DNA of 64,000 nucleotides, from assembly GCF_009834535.1 (NCBI RefSeq), contig NC_045707.1, forward strand, positions 51,462,001-51,526,000, in the 5' to 3' direction. Shown here in pieces: positions 52,890-64,000 of this stretch. This stretch comes from Camelus ferus (Eukaryota). The notes beneath the pieces are model-generated. The model saw only the letters and a program-made list of their open reading frames with translations, did not search any database and was not told the origin of the DNA. Position 1 is the first letter of the stretch; the number at the start of each line of letters is the position of its first letter. A program made the translations under genes and the position numbers.

Positions 52890-53395
52890 TATTCATTCAA
52901 CTAATATTTCAATGCTTGACACATGTTGGCCACAACTCTAAGTGTTATGCAGTTTTGATAAGCCAAAATTCTTGCTCGAAGGGCTAGTTGAAACAGAAAA
53001 GTAAACTAGTTAATAAGTGAAAAAATAATTTTAGATGGTGCTATGGCAAAATAAAGGATATTAACTAGACTTTAATGGGATGGATTAGATAGAGTGGATA
53101 GATTCCCAAATAGTAGAAATAAACAATCATGAGAAGAGCTGGGGGAATGTTTGCCAGGAAGAAGAAATGAGATATGCAAATGCATTAAACATGGAAAGAC
53201 CTTGGTGTGTACAGAAACAAAGTGGAGATGGACAGGGTTGACTACAGAGCGCTGGAGGAGTAAATGGGAAATGGGTAATGGAGAGGAGATTGAATAGACA
53301 AGCAAGCTGTGGCCTCTCTAAGGCCTTGCTGATCATGGGAAGAAGGTACCACAGATGCATGGCATGATTTGTGTTTAAAATGGCTTCCCTAGTGG
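52890..53395 (-). mobile_element. L2 3' region
   Basis: tattcattcaactaatattt...ggcatgatttgtgtttaaaatggcttccct. Confidence 0.65.
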
Positions 53396-53843
53396 GGCTG
53401 TAACATTTTAGCCACATTTCTATAAATAATTTTTGAATAATAAAACATTTTACATGTATTAATATTTCAGATGATACTTTTAGAATGGGAATTTATATTC
53501 CTAAATACTGGATGCAATTTTACATTATGCTTTCATAATTTACTTTATATGGTTTTTCACTGTAATTTTTGAATTGCCTGTTTTCACCCTTCAAAACTCT
53601 CTGTGTTCATCTGTGTATCTCTTTACTTTCCCTGACTCAGTTATTCTGGTTACTTGAGAATTGGCTAATGTGAAAAATAAAATAGTCATAACTGGAAAGC
53701 TTTAATTCTGTTTAGACTAGATTACTAGAAAACTGAGAATTTCTCCAACATCACTACCAATCTCATACATCTAATTCAAAACATATAAAGGTATTTTTCC
53801 CCCTGACTTACCTAATTTATCTATTTCTTTCATCATTCTGTAT

Positions 53844-54348
53844 GTGCCAGTTTCCTGTAGCTGCTATAAAAAATGATCACAGATTTGGTGTCTTAAAACA
53901 ACAGAAATTAATTTACTCACAGTTCTAAAGTCCAGACATCCAAAATTTATCACTGGTCTGGAACCAACGTGTCAGCAGGGACACATTCTCTCCAAAGCCT
54001 TTAGGGGAGAATCCAACCTTGCCTCTTTCAAATTCTGGTGCCTGACAGAACTTGAATTCTGGCCACATCACTCCAGTCACTGAAGACAGTATCATCAAAT
54101 CTCTCTCTGCTTCATTTTTTCATATTACCTTCTTCTCCACATGTATTAAATATTCCTTTGTGTCTCATAAAGATATATGTGATTTCATTTAGGGGCCAAC
54201 CAGAAAATCTAGGATAATCTCCTCACCTCATAATCTTTAATTTAATTACATCTGCAAAGTCCTTTTTTGCCATATGAGGTTAACATCCACAGGTTCCAGG
54301 CATTAAGATATGGGTATCTTTGGGAGGTCATTTTTTTAGCTTACCAGA
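53844..54348 (-). mobile_element. MaLR solo LTR, MLT1C/D-like
   Basis: cttaaaacaacagaaattaatttactcacagttct...taggggagaatcc...aattacatctgcaaagtcc. Confidence 0.85.
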
Positions 54349-54979
54349 CTGTCTCTAGTATGCCAGTATATACCTATGCAAATTTTTGTCCCATAAATAT
54401 TTTTTGTTGGTTTTTGCTTATTTAAAAATATTTTTCTATAATTTTAATATGTCAAACAAATGAAAAAAAAGAAAAGTTTTGAAAGATGAGTGGATTTTCA
54501 AAAGAGTATGATTTCAGTTACATGAGAAAATCCGGGACTGAATGACAATTCATATTGATAAATTTGACACTCTCATAAGAAATGAATTCTTTTTGTTGGA
54601 ATTTGATAAAGTGTTTTTTTTTTTTTCCTGGCACTTGTGCCCTTGATGTTCCCAAAATCACCAATTCCTAGTATACCCCAACTTCAGTATTCTTGCCTGA
54701 AAGTTGATTCTGGTATTACTGCTCCTGGCCTTGGGTTGAGAGTTAAAACACAGCAACGACTGCAGAGCTCACGTACTCTTCATAGCCCTCTACCACTTCT
54801 GGTCCCACCCCTCCCTAGTGTGGACCACTGTTAGTGCTGATTCCACTCATCCGTAGCAGTATTTTTCTCTGCAGATCCTGGGTTGCAATTTCAATTTATT
54901 CCTTTGCATAGATATCACTTACTTGTTATTGTTCAGTAAGTCAAAAGTTCACTTCGTTATGAGTCAGGGTTGCAAGTGC

Positions 54980-55480
54980 ATTTTTTTTTTTTTTGCTTTC
55001 TTTTTTTCCCCATTTCTTTAATTTGAAGTATTTACAATGTGTCAATTTCTGGTGTACAGCATAATGTTTCAGTCATACATATACATACATATATTCATTT
55101 TCATATTCCTTTTCATTAATAGGTTACTATTAGATATTGAATATTGTTCCCTCTGCTATACACTATAAGTTTGTTGTTTATCTGCTGTATATATAGTAGT
55201 TAGTATCTGAAAATTTCAAACTCCCAATTTATCCCTTCCCACCCCCTCTCCTCCCTGGTAACCATAAGTTTGTTTTCTATGTCTATGAGTCTGTTTCTGT
55301 TTTGTAAATAAGTTCATTTGTGTCTAACTTTTATATTCCACATATAGGTGATATCATATGGTATTTTTCTTTCTCTTTCTGGCTTACTTCACTTAGAATG
55401 ACAGTCTCCACGTCCATCCATGTAGCTGTAAATGGCATTATTTTATTCTTTTTATGGCTGAGTAGTATTCCATCATATAA
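54980..55480 (-). mobile_element. 5'-truncated L1 3' end (cetartiodactyl/camelid type)
   Basis: Poly(T); tgtgtcaatttctggtgtacagc; atttatcccttcccaccccc; attccacatataggtgatatc; ggcttacttcacttagaatgac. Confidence 0.9.
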
Positions 55481-55879
55481 ATATATCACAGTTTATATAT
55501 ATATATTTATATATATATATATATATAACTATTTACTGAATTATAGAAAAAGTTAATTTTAAAAATCATCTCACTTAATTTCCTTCATTCAACTTCTGCC
55601 ACTTTACCTCTTACCAACTTTACTACTTTACCTATATATAAACTATATATATATATATATATAGTTTTATTTTTTAACATATAACTTTTCCTGATTTGCT
55701 ATAGGAAAGGGCATTTTTCCAGCCCATCATCTTTTTCAAAAATGAATCATAGTCTTACCACATACCAAATACAGTGTCACATTACAGGACTTTAACGTGA
55801 TTATACCACTTTTAACTTCACAATGTCATTAATGAAATAGAAAGAGAAGGAGACTAAAATATTGAGAGTTATTAAAGAA

Positions 55880-56450
55880 GAGTTTACACTGGAGGAAACA
55901 CTTGAGATGGATTTTGAAAAATTAGGAGGAAGAAAATGTGAGAAAAGATTTTACAGGAATAGCTAAGAGCATGTTTCAAGACCAAAAAATGTGTGAAAGG
56001 GCTGTTTCTTCTATGAAAGGTGAGATGTTTAATGTCATTGGAATGCAGAGTGAGGTAAAGTGGCAGAAGCTGAAGTGAAGGAAATAAACTAAGATGGTTT
56101 TTAAAAGTAACTTTTTCTATAATTCAGTAAATAAGTATTTATCAAATGCATGTTATAAAGCAGACAGTTCTTTCACACTGCCTGCTGCTCTCACAAATTT
56201 ACAATGAGTGTTTATTATGTCGAGAACTTTGAAATTTATCATAAAGAAGGAAGAGAATCAAAATGTATTTTAAATTACAGAAATAAAATGATCAGATTTG
56301 GTTTTTAGCAAGCTGAATTTAATGGCAGACAGAAAACTGGTTTAAAAATAAGACAGGCTGGTGGCATAAATAGAGTGCATTCTGACCAGAGCTGATAAAG
56401 TTTGAACTAGCACTGGGGATAAATCGTAAAGGTTATTCTCTAGAGATGTT
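55880..56450 (-). mobile_element. Decayed L2 fragments
   Basis: ggaggaaacacttgagatggattttgaa; aaatgatcagatttggtttttag. Confidence 0.5.
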
Positions 56451-56621
56451 ATTGAGAAAGAATTTCATTTTCATTATCTGCTAAAATGTTCTTGTATGTA
56501 AGGATAGGTATAGTATAAGGATTGGACAAATCTAAAGTATCCAACTTGGTTATATGGATGAGTTGGAGCTTTACTTACCTGGAATATATAATATATTTAT
56601 TTTAGAGTGAATTTTGGATAC

Positions 56622-57489
56622 TGTGGTAAACAGAATTTTAAGATGGCTTCCAAGATTTCCCACTTTTGTTGCACTTGCAAGGTTGCTCACAGTCTGCATA
56701 ATGCTAGAACTTAGAGTAGATGGAAATTAGAAATGCAAAGATTTAATAAACCTAAAAATTGATGGCTTAAATTTTCTTTAAAAGAAGATGTAATTTATAG
56801 GTCATGTGTCCTTATCAAGTCGATGTAGAAGAGAGAGGACTTTTCTGGGAGAGCAACAAGAGTATCATAAGAAATTCAGATTTATTCTGGAGCAACTTGA
56901 GGAGGTGAGGGTGGGTAGTGATGGGTTCCAAATCTGAGGAGTAAGGTTGCAAGGCACAGTGAATATGAAAAGTTTTATTCCTGTAATTAGGTTATAATTT
57001 ATGGCAGTTTACCTTGACATAGGGGGATTATCCAGGTGGGTCTGACCTAATCACATGAGTTCATTAAAAACAGAGAGCTTTTTCTGGCTGGTCACAGTGG
57101 AGGAAGTCAGAGATCTGATGCATGAGAAGAATTCAACGTGCTATTGTTGGTTTGAAGATGGAGAGGTTATATGACAAGGCTCTAGGTGACCTCTGGAAGC
57201 TAAAAGTGGCTCCTGGGTTCCAACCAGCATGGGCAAGGGGAATTCAGTCCCATAGCTGCAAGGAACTGAAACTTTCTAACAAGAGTGAGTTTGAAAGCAA
57301 ATTTCTCCCCAGAGGCTGCAGAGAACCCAGACTGTCCAGCATCTTGATATCAGCCTGTGATACTCTTAACAAGAGAACCCAGTTATACCATTCTAGACTT
57401 CTGACCAAGGAACTGAGTTAATAAGTCAGTGTGATTTTATGCTGCAAAATTTGTGGCATTTTGATACACAACAATAGAAAGCTATCACA
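56622..57489 (+). mobile_element. MaLR solo LTR, MLT1E-like, interrupted at 56676-56957
   Basis: tgtggtaaacagaattttaagatggc // gtgaatatga...ggattatccaggtgggtctgacctaatcac...gctgcaaggaactgaa...acaatagaaagctatcaca. Confidence 0.85.
56676..56957 (+). repeat. Dispersed two-part duplication of 59341-59460 and 58058-58197
   Basis: Hand alignment gives about 80-85% identity for each part, same strand. Confidence 0.9.
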
Positions 57490-57499
57490 AAATGAATAA

Positions 57500-58045
57500 A
57501 GTACATATATAAATCAATACAAAAACAATAAAATATATAAAACAAAATTTTCAAGATACATTAGAAAATGCTATGCTGTTGCATAATAATAATTTGGAAT
57601 TCTAATTAAGTTAAATGATTTTCTTCAGATATCTGTAAAGCAACGTCATACAGAAAACATGAACCTACCAGACCAATAACTGTGGAAGGATCTGAACATG
57701 TTGCCAAAGTGCTATTCTTACAAAGTACAGAATGAATTGATTTTAGATTGTTTCAGATCTTTTAAAAACCTTCTGTATTTGGTATGTTGAACATCTGTAA
57801 AGAAAACTGATAATCTCTATCCATTCTCTGAGGCATATATAGAAGAGGTATACACTCCTTTCTAGAATCAATCACACATATTATCTAGTTCCATTATTAA
57901 ATATACTATCATATATGTATAAATTTTGCATGTGAACTAGATGTTTAAATAATACACATTACTGTTAAAATTAAAATATAGAAAAATTACATTAAAATAT
58001 TTGCAACATCCTAAGCACAATTTTAGTAAATGTATAAAAGAACAA
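57500..58045 (+). mobile_element. Decayed L1ME ORF2 fragment
   Basis: gaacctaccagaccaataact...taatctctatccattctctgaggc...cctaagcacaattttagtaaa. Confidence 0.55.
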
Positions 58046-58054
58046 GATATCTAA

Positions 58055-58500
58055 ACAATCAAGTAGACACAGAAGAGAGAAGACTCTTCTGGAAAGAGAA
58101 CAGGAATATCATAAGAAATTCACATTTACTCTGGAGTAAGTTGAAGAGGTGAGGGTGGGTACTCATGGGTGAACCTGAGGAATAAAGTTGCAAGCACGTT
58201 GTAGAAGGGCTTATATATGCCATGCCTAGAAGTTTGGGATTTAGCCTTCATCTTAGGCAAAGACTACTAGAGTTTTTTAATCTGCAGAGTGACATGATCA
58301 GATATATTTTTCAGAAAGATAGGTATGCCAACATTGTGGAGGACAGACAATAATCAGAAGAGAGTGTTGTCAGGATAAGGAGTTAAGGTCAAAAAAGAAG
58401 ATAATAACGTATAGGACTAAGATACAGCAATGAGGACTAAGTTGAAATCATATGAGAAATTTCTGATGAAGAATTCACTGGACGTGGAAGGAAAATGGAC
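58055..58500 (-). mobile_element. L2 fragment
   Basis: gaagggcttatatatgccatgcctagaagtttgg...gcagagtgacatgatcagatatatttttcagaaagat. Confidence 0.65.
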
Positions 58501-59460
58501 ACTGCAGTGAATGAAACAGTCCAATTTATTCAGAAAATTTTTAGTATACAAGGATGGGCAAATGGTCACCTCATTTACTTAGGGAACACAAAAGACCCTG
58601 ACAATATGAAGTTAAATATAATGTGATTAGCTTTGGACTTGTTGAACTTCAGGAAGAATAAATACATATGAGTCAACAAAAATATGATCAGCAAGTTAAT
58701 GTATGCCAACATGTGTCTGAAATAATCAGTGAAAATTTTAGGCCACAAAATTCTACTTATATTTCTGATGACATTAATGTAGAAATTACCATATATGATT
58801 ATAAAGTATGAGAAGACACTCATGATAAACAATAAATATTTGTCATCTTCAAGTGAGAAGATTTTAGTTGTAAATTATAAAAGCTTTGAATGTCTTGTCA
58901 TTTAGTAGTTACCCAGCATGAAAAAAAGCTAATATTGTTAAATATAATGTTATGGAAGAAATATATTTTTAAAGTCAGTTTTGGGATTCACCAAAAACAT
59001 ACATTTCTGCTTTCACATATTTAATTAAGATGGAGATGATCTTGCTAGATGAACAAAAGAAATTTTGGATTGACTCAATGGAGACATCAAAATCTTTAGC
59101 CTAATTAAAAAATTGCCTTATAATTAGTTACTGAGACCTGTTATGTTTTCATGAATATATTTTTGGTGGCTATAGTTAAATTTTGACAAATGGAAGATTC
59201 AGAATTTTAAATGATATTAGTATCCTACAACTCTAATAATTTGCTATGTTCCTAGCCTAAAAGCTTATAATATTGGTAGCTCCTGAATAATATTTTAGAG
59301 TTGACAATAAGTCATAAATAGTAATATTTGCATCACAATCTGCAAAGTTTCTCACAGTCCACATAATGCCAGAACTTAGAGTAAATGGAAATCAGAAATG
59401 TCAAGATTTAGTAAATTCTGAAAACTGATGGCTTACATTTTCATTTCAAGGAGATATAAT

Positions 59461-60136
59461 ATGATGCAAGAATGGCAAAATCGCCCTGGGATATTCTTTT
59501 CTCCAATCCACAACCCTAATCTAACAATGAAAAAAAATATCAGACAAACCAAATTGAGGGGCAGCCTTCAAAATTTCTGGCATTACTCTTCAGAAATGTC
59601 AAGGTTCCATAAGAAAAAGAGAGTGAAAAAATATGCAAATAAGAAGAAACTAAGGACACATGACCTCTAAGTACAATGTGCCATCCTGGATTGGATCCTG
59701 AAACAGACAAAGAACACTGGTAGAAAAACTGGGGAACTCTGAATAAAATCTATAGTTTGGTTCAGAAATCTGCTGTCTGTAGCCCCTGGGCCAAGTCAGT
59801 CCAGCTGCTTATTTTAAAGTTTGAGTGCAGTGCAGCCATACCTGTTTGTTTATTTTATGTATTGTTCATGTAAAGGCTGCATTCAGGCTACCAGGGAAGA
59901 ATTGATTATTTGAGACCATTTGGCCCACAAGCCCAAAATAATAAGTGACTATTTATAGAATTTTTTTACCTCTCATTTAGTTAATATTATTCTATTAATA
60001 GTAATTTCTTAGCTTTGATCATTGTTTCATAATCATGTAAGATGTTAACTCTAGGTGAAGAGTATGCAGGAGCACTCTGTACTCTATGACGCTTTGTATG
60101 AATCTAAAATTATTTCAAAATAAAAAATTTAAAAAA
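59461..60136 (+). mobile_element. L1MC-type 3' UTR insertion
   Basis: aatatcagacaaaccaaattgagggg...atcctggattggatcctgaaacag...aatctaaaattatttcaaaataaaaa; approximate TSD agatataa / agatgtaa. Confidence 0.85.
59763..59975 (+). mobile_element. MER58A-like hAT-Charlie MITE nested in the L1MC
   Basis: gcccctgggccaag...cagccatacctgtttgttta...ggctgc...tggcccacaagcccaaaata; approximate 8-bp TSD gtttggtt / atttagtt. Confidence 0.75.
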
Positions 60137-60144
60137 AGATGTAA

Positions 60145-60330
60145 CGGTTTAGAGTTCTGGTGTTGGAGCCAGTCAGAACTAGATTTAAATCTCAGCTTTA
60201 CGCCCTAAGTGCTGTGTGATTTTCGTCTCTAAAATTTGGATAATAGTACCTACTCACATAAGGTACTTGTCGACAGTAATTGTGATGATGTACTTATGGC
60301 CACTGCACATGATAAGCTCAATTCATGATG
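60145..60330 (+). mobile_element. MIR SINE
   Basis: ggtttagagttctggtgttggagccag...tttaaatctcagct...tctctaaaatttggataatagtacctactcaca. Confidence 0.7.
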
Positions 60331-61989
60331 ATTTACATGTAATAATGGTAGTTTTCACAATATTACAAAGTATAGCAATGGCATAGGAAAATATGTTTGC
60401 CCTAAAAAATATCAATCCTTGCAGGTCACTTATTTTCTATTTTTACTTTACAGAATGGGTTGTCTCAAACCTACTGGGATTGGTAGATATTTATGGAGGA
60501 AGAGAGCTGTAATTTGCTGGTGAAATCAAGAAAGAGTATATCCATTTTCATTTTGATGGAGATTTCTGAACAACTGTGCTGCCCAGAATTAATGAATCAT
60601 TCACCGAGGCTTAGACTAATTCCAGGAAAATAAATAAATAAAGGAAGGAAGCTATTCAGAAAATATACATTTATCCATGATCAGAAGTGAATGATTTATT
60701 TAACTTAAATATAATACTCTTTAAGATTCATATAAAACAAAATTAACTACTTAAAATCATACAATTTTAGAACAAGTAGGGATTTTACTAATCAATTAAT
60801 TTAAGTGATAAGCTCTTCTCATTTTTCAATATAGTCTTCTAATTTATTAAAGATCATGTAAATAGTGCTGATCTGAAACTAAAATTTGTCTCATTGCACC
60901 AGAGCACATAAGATATGACTATATTTTATAAATTACATCTCAATCCTATGAATAGATCTTAAACATTTAGGAGAAGAATTTTACCTTTGTGTATGTTTGA
61001 TAATAAACTGCTGTCCCTCAGAGACATTGTTATAATTTGTTCTGCCAAACACATTGAATGATTGAAAAAGTAATCTCATAGTCAACATGGAGAACTCTAG
61101 CGACTTTTGTGGCTGATACAGAGTTGAATTAATTACATATCCTTTTTGAGATCTGTTAAACCTCTAGTATTATTTTCTACAATCTTCAGTCTTAACTATC
61201 CAAATGCAATAGTCACTTTTTATGGCAATCAGACTAAATTGTTTCATGTCTCTTTAGATCTGAGAATAATTAAATGTGAAATACTGCTTTTGCATATTTT
61301 ATGGTATTAGATATTAAAGTTACAAGCAATTGTTTCCATATCTTTTTCACAGTGAATTTAAATCTACTCTTTGAGTTCCTCTGCTCTTTATAGTTTTATT
61401 TCTCCTTTTTTCCAATTTGCTTATTCACTATACTATTCACATATTTTGGAAGCTTAGAGTCTGGATTATAGCGCTAAGACTTAAAAAACAAAAAACAAAA
61501 AAACAGTGCTCTCCAAAGAAGAAAGCTAATTAAAATTGGCACCATGAGAGTTCTACCCCAAAATGGCACTCTTCTTTTCTTTTGGAACATACCAGTTTTT
61601 TCACATGACATTCTTCCACAAAAAAGTCAGAAGTAATCTCAGTGCCTTCTCAATACAGAAGTCCATACAACCATTACTGTTAGAACTACCACAAGTTGTA
61701 ATCATTTTGCTATGCCTACATTTGAACTATTTTTTATATTATGATGCAAATTCTACTTCTTTGGAGGTGAGCCTGAAGACACTGATGTGCCATCTGCATG
61801 ATTCTGCAGCTACAAACATCAATGCAAGTCAACAAAATTAAAAAATAATCTGAGTCCTATATTCTAGTAGACACTAGGACTTTTGTAAAGATGGACAGAA
61901 TATACGATCTCACTTTTCAGTTCACAGCACTATATATGGATTTAACACGTCTCATTTTGTCCTTGGAAAATTTTTTTCAACCATGGACC

Positions 61990-62095
61990 ATATATCCATT
62001 TTACAGATGAGGACAATTTAGACATTTGTTTAAGATTACTGTTTTAAGTTACCAAACTGGGACTTGCAAAATCTGAATGATTCCAAAGCCCACAT
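61990..62095 (-). mobile_element. MIR core fragment
   Basis: atccattttacagatgaggaca...tctgaatgattccaaagccca. Confidence 0.55.
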
Positions 62096-63329
62096 TTGGA
62101 GTTCACTCAGAACTTTCCAAGCAAATACATGATAAACATCCTCTCAGCCCACATAGTACTTCCTCCCAATTTACCATGCTCACACTCCATCAGACACAAC
62201 ATTCAGTGGTAACATAGAACTTTTCCTGTTATACTGCAAGATATGATTTTCATAAAGAAAGTATAGTGAATTTGAGTCTTAAAGAATGAGTATGACTATT
62301 TTAAAGTCAACAGAGAGTGATAAGTAAATCCACTCACACAATAATTTATGTATTCATTTACCAAACAATTATTTGTTGTCTACAATATTCCAGGGGATAT
62401 TCTACATTCTGGGGGTTCAGTGACAGGAGAACATGTATCACCTATAAGACATTTTATTTAAGAAAAGAAAAGAAAGCTTAATACAGATATAGTTTAAGTC
62501 AGGGGGAATCTAGCAGTGGGATCAAAGCTTTGATTAGTGGTCACATCTTTTAGAGGCTTTTATATGTACATATACCATACTGACAAATTTGGATTTGATT
62601 TGACAGGATAAAGACAGTCAGTTGAGTGTCTTAAGTAAGGCAGCGGACAGTTAGTTTATACAGTGTTCCAGTTTCAGAACCGTCACTGAAGAATTGCGAG
62701 AAATTATACAAATGCATGAAAGTGGTTATTCCATCATTTTCTCACTTTGTGTTAGAATGGTAATTATCAGTGTACCCCTGCTGTGTGCATGAGAGAGATT
62801 TATTTTAAAAATTTAAGAAAGCACACTTTTGGAGGTATTATGATTTTTAGTCACATGTTTGAGCAATGGAAAATATGTAAGTTTATTATTAAAGTTTAAA
62901 TACAGTGAAAAATCCCCTCTGAATCCTTCATCCATATCAGCTTTGACCTATTTCTCTTTACAATAAGACTCTTAAAAAAATTGCCCAATAATCACTGTCT
63001 ATACTTTCTCCCTTCCAAATCATTACATGTTCACTGGGGAGACCTTTCAGCAACGTCTGATCCAGTGTTCCTCCTGGAAACATGGTACTAGAAGTGCTGC
63101 TTTTTCCACTGTATTAATTGCTCCTTCTTAATCTCCTTTGATGGTTTCTCCTCATCTTCATGACCCATAGCTAGTGAAGGGGTCCATTGCCTAGCCTCTG
63201 CATCTCTCCTTTCTCAAGGGCTTTTCCCTCCCTCTCCTGTCCATCTTCTCCTGTACTCCCTGTTCTTTTCTTTTCCTCCCCCGGGGGATCACATCCATTC
63301 AACTGCTCATTCATTATGTCCACACTGTG

Positions 63330-63497
63330 TTTATGTTTATTGTCCTTATCATAACCCAACAAAATATGTGCTTATTTGTTCATTCCCTCATAAGTCCATG
63401 AGAACATGTGGTATGTCTGTTTCATTCACTGCTACACTCCTGTAATGAAAAAAAGTGTCTGATACATAGTATTTGTTCAATAAATATTGTGACTAAA
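63330..63497 (+). mobile_element. L2 3' tail fragment
   Basis: ataagtccatgagaac...gtctgtttcattcactgct...gtgtctgatacatagtatttgttcaataaatatt. Confidence 0.65.
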
Positions 63498-64000
63498 TTA
63501 GTATGTTAAAGGAATTACTCAGTCTTTAAAGATTTGCCAAATATAGTTAGATTGAATTTGAAACATATTTGGAATCTAAATTTTAATGACATTAAGTTTT
63601 CCTACTTTGTCAGTTGACTAGAATAGTCTTATTGAAAATAAAATTGAAAAACAAATATTTATACCAGAATATATCACTATTTAAAATATAGAGTAATAGA
63701 GTTAAAATAACTGTATGAAAGTAGAGTTAAAAAACATTTTATATTAAAATGTTCTTTTTCCTTTTACGATTAGAATTTGATTTCTTTTCAAAATTAACTT
63801 AAAATCAGCCAAGCAAGTTAGATGAAATGCTATCCAGCACAGCCCAATTATTTATAACAAACTCTAAACCATATTTCAAGAAAATCAATTCAGTGTTGTC
63901 TCTGAAAACTTATCAGCTAAAATAACCATACAAAACTGATCAGACATTTTTTACCTCAATCAAAAGTGCTCCAGGGTTCATAATCAGAATAATTTATTTT

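Noticed and set aside
60425..60560. Strong plus-strand splice acceptor (ttttactttacAG) followed by ATG
   Set aside because: The reading frames close quickly and I found no convincing donor

Overview
AT-rich, CpG-poor mammalian non-coding DNA (intronic or intergenic). It is most likely from a camelid, because it carries a tRNA-Ala-derived Vic-1-type SINE and cetartiodactyl-type L1 3' ends. I found no protein-coding gene, RNA gene or CpG island that I can support. The only ORFs with recognisable protein similarity are transposon relics: an L1 ORF2 C-terminus (42.6-44.0 kb) and a frameshifted Tigger1 transposase (20.6-21.9 kb). Much of the window is decayed repeats (L1M/L1ME, L2, MIR, L3/CR1, MLT1/MLT2 LTRs, Tigger/MARNA, hAT-Charlie). 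Family names come from my recollection of consensus sequences, not a database search, and boundaries of old repeats are approximate. I see no convincing new biological system. The most interesting signals are rearrangement fossils: a two-part, order-swapped templated insertion inside an MLT1 LTR copied from 1.2 and 2.7 kb downstream; a ~0.9 kb insert I could not assign, with exon-like splice signals, inside an ancient L1ME; a SINE insertion with target-site deletion; a twin-primed L1; and an unclassified insert splitting an L2.
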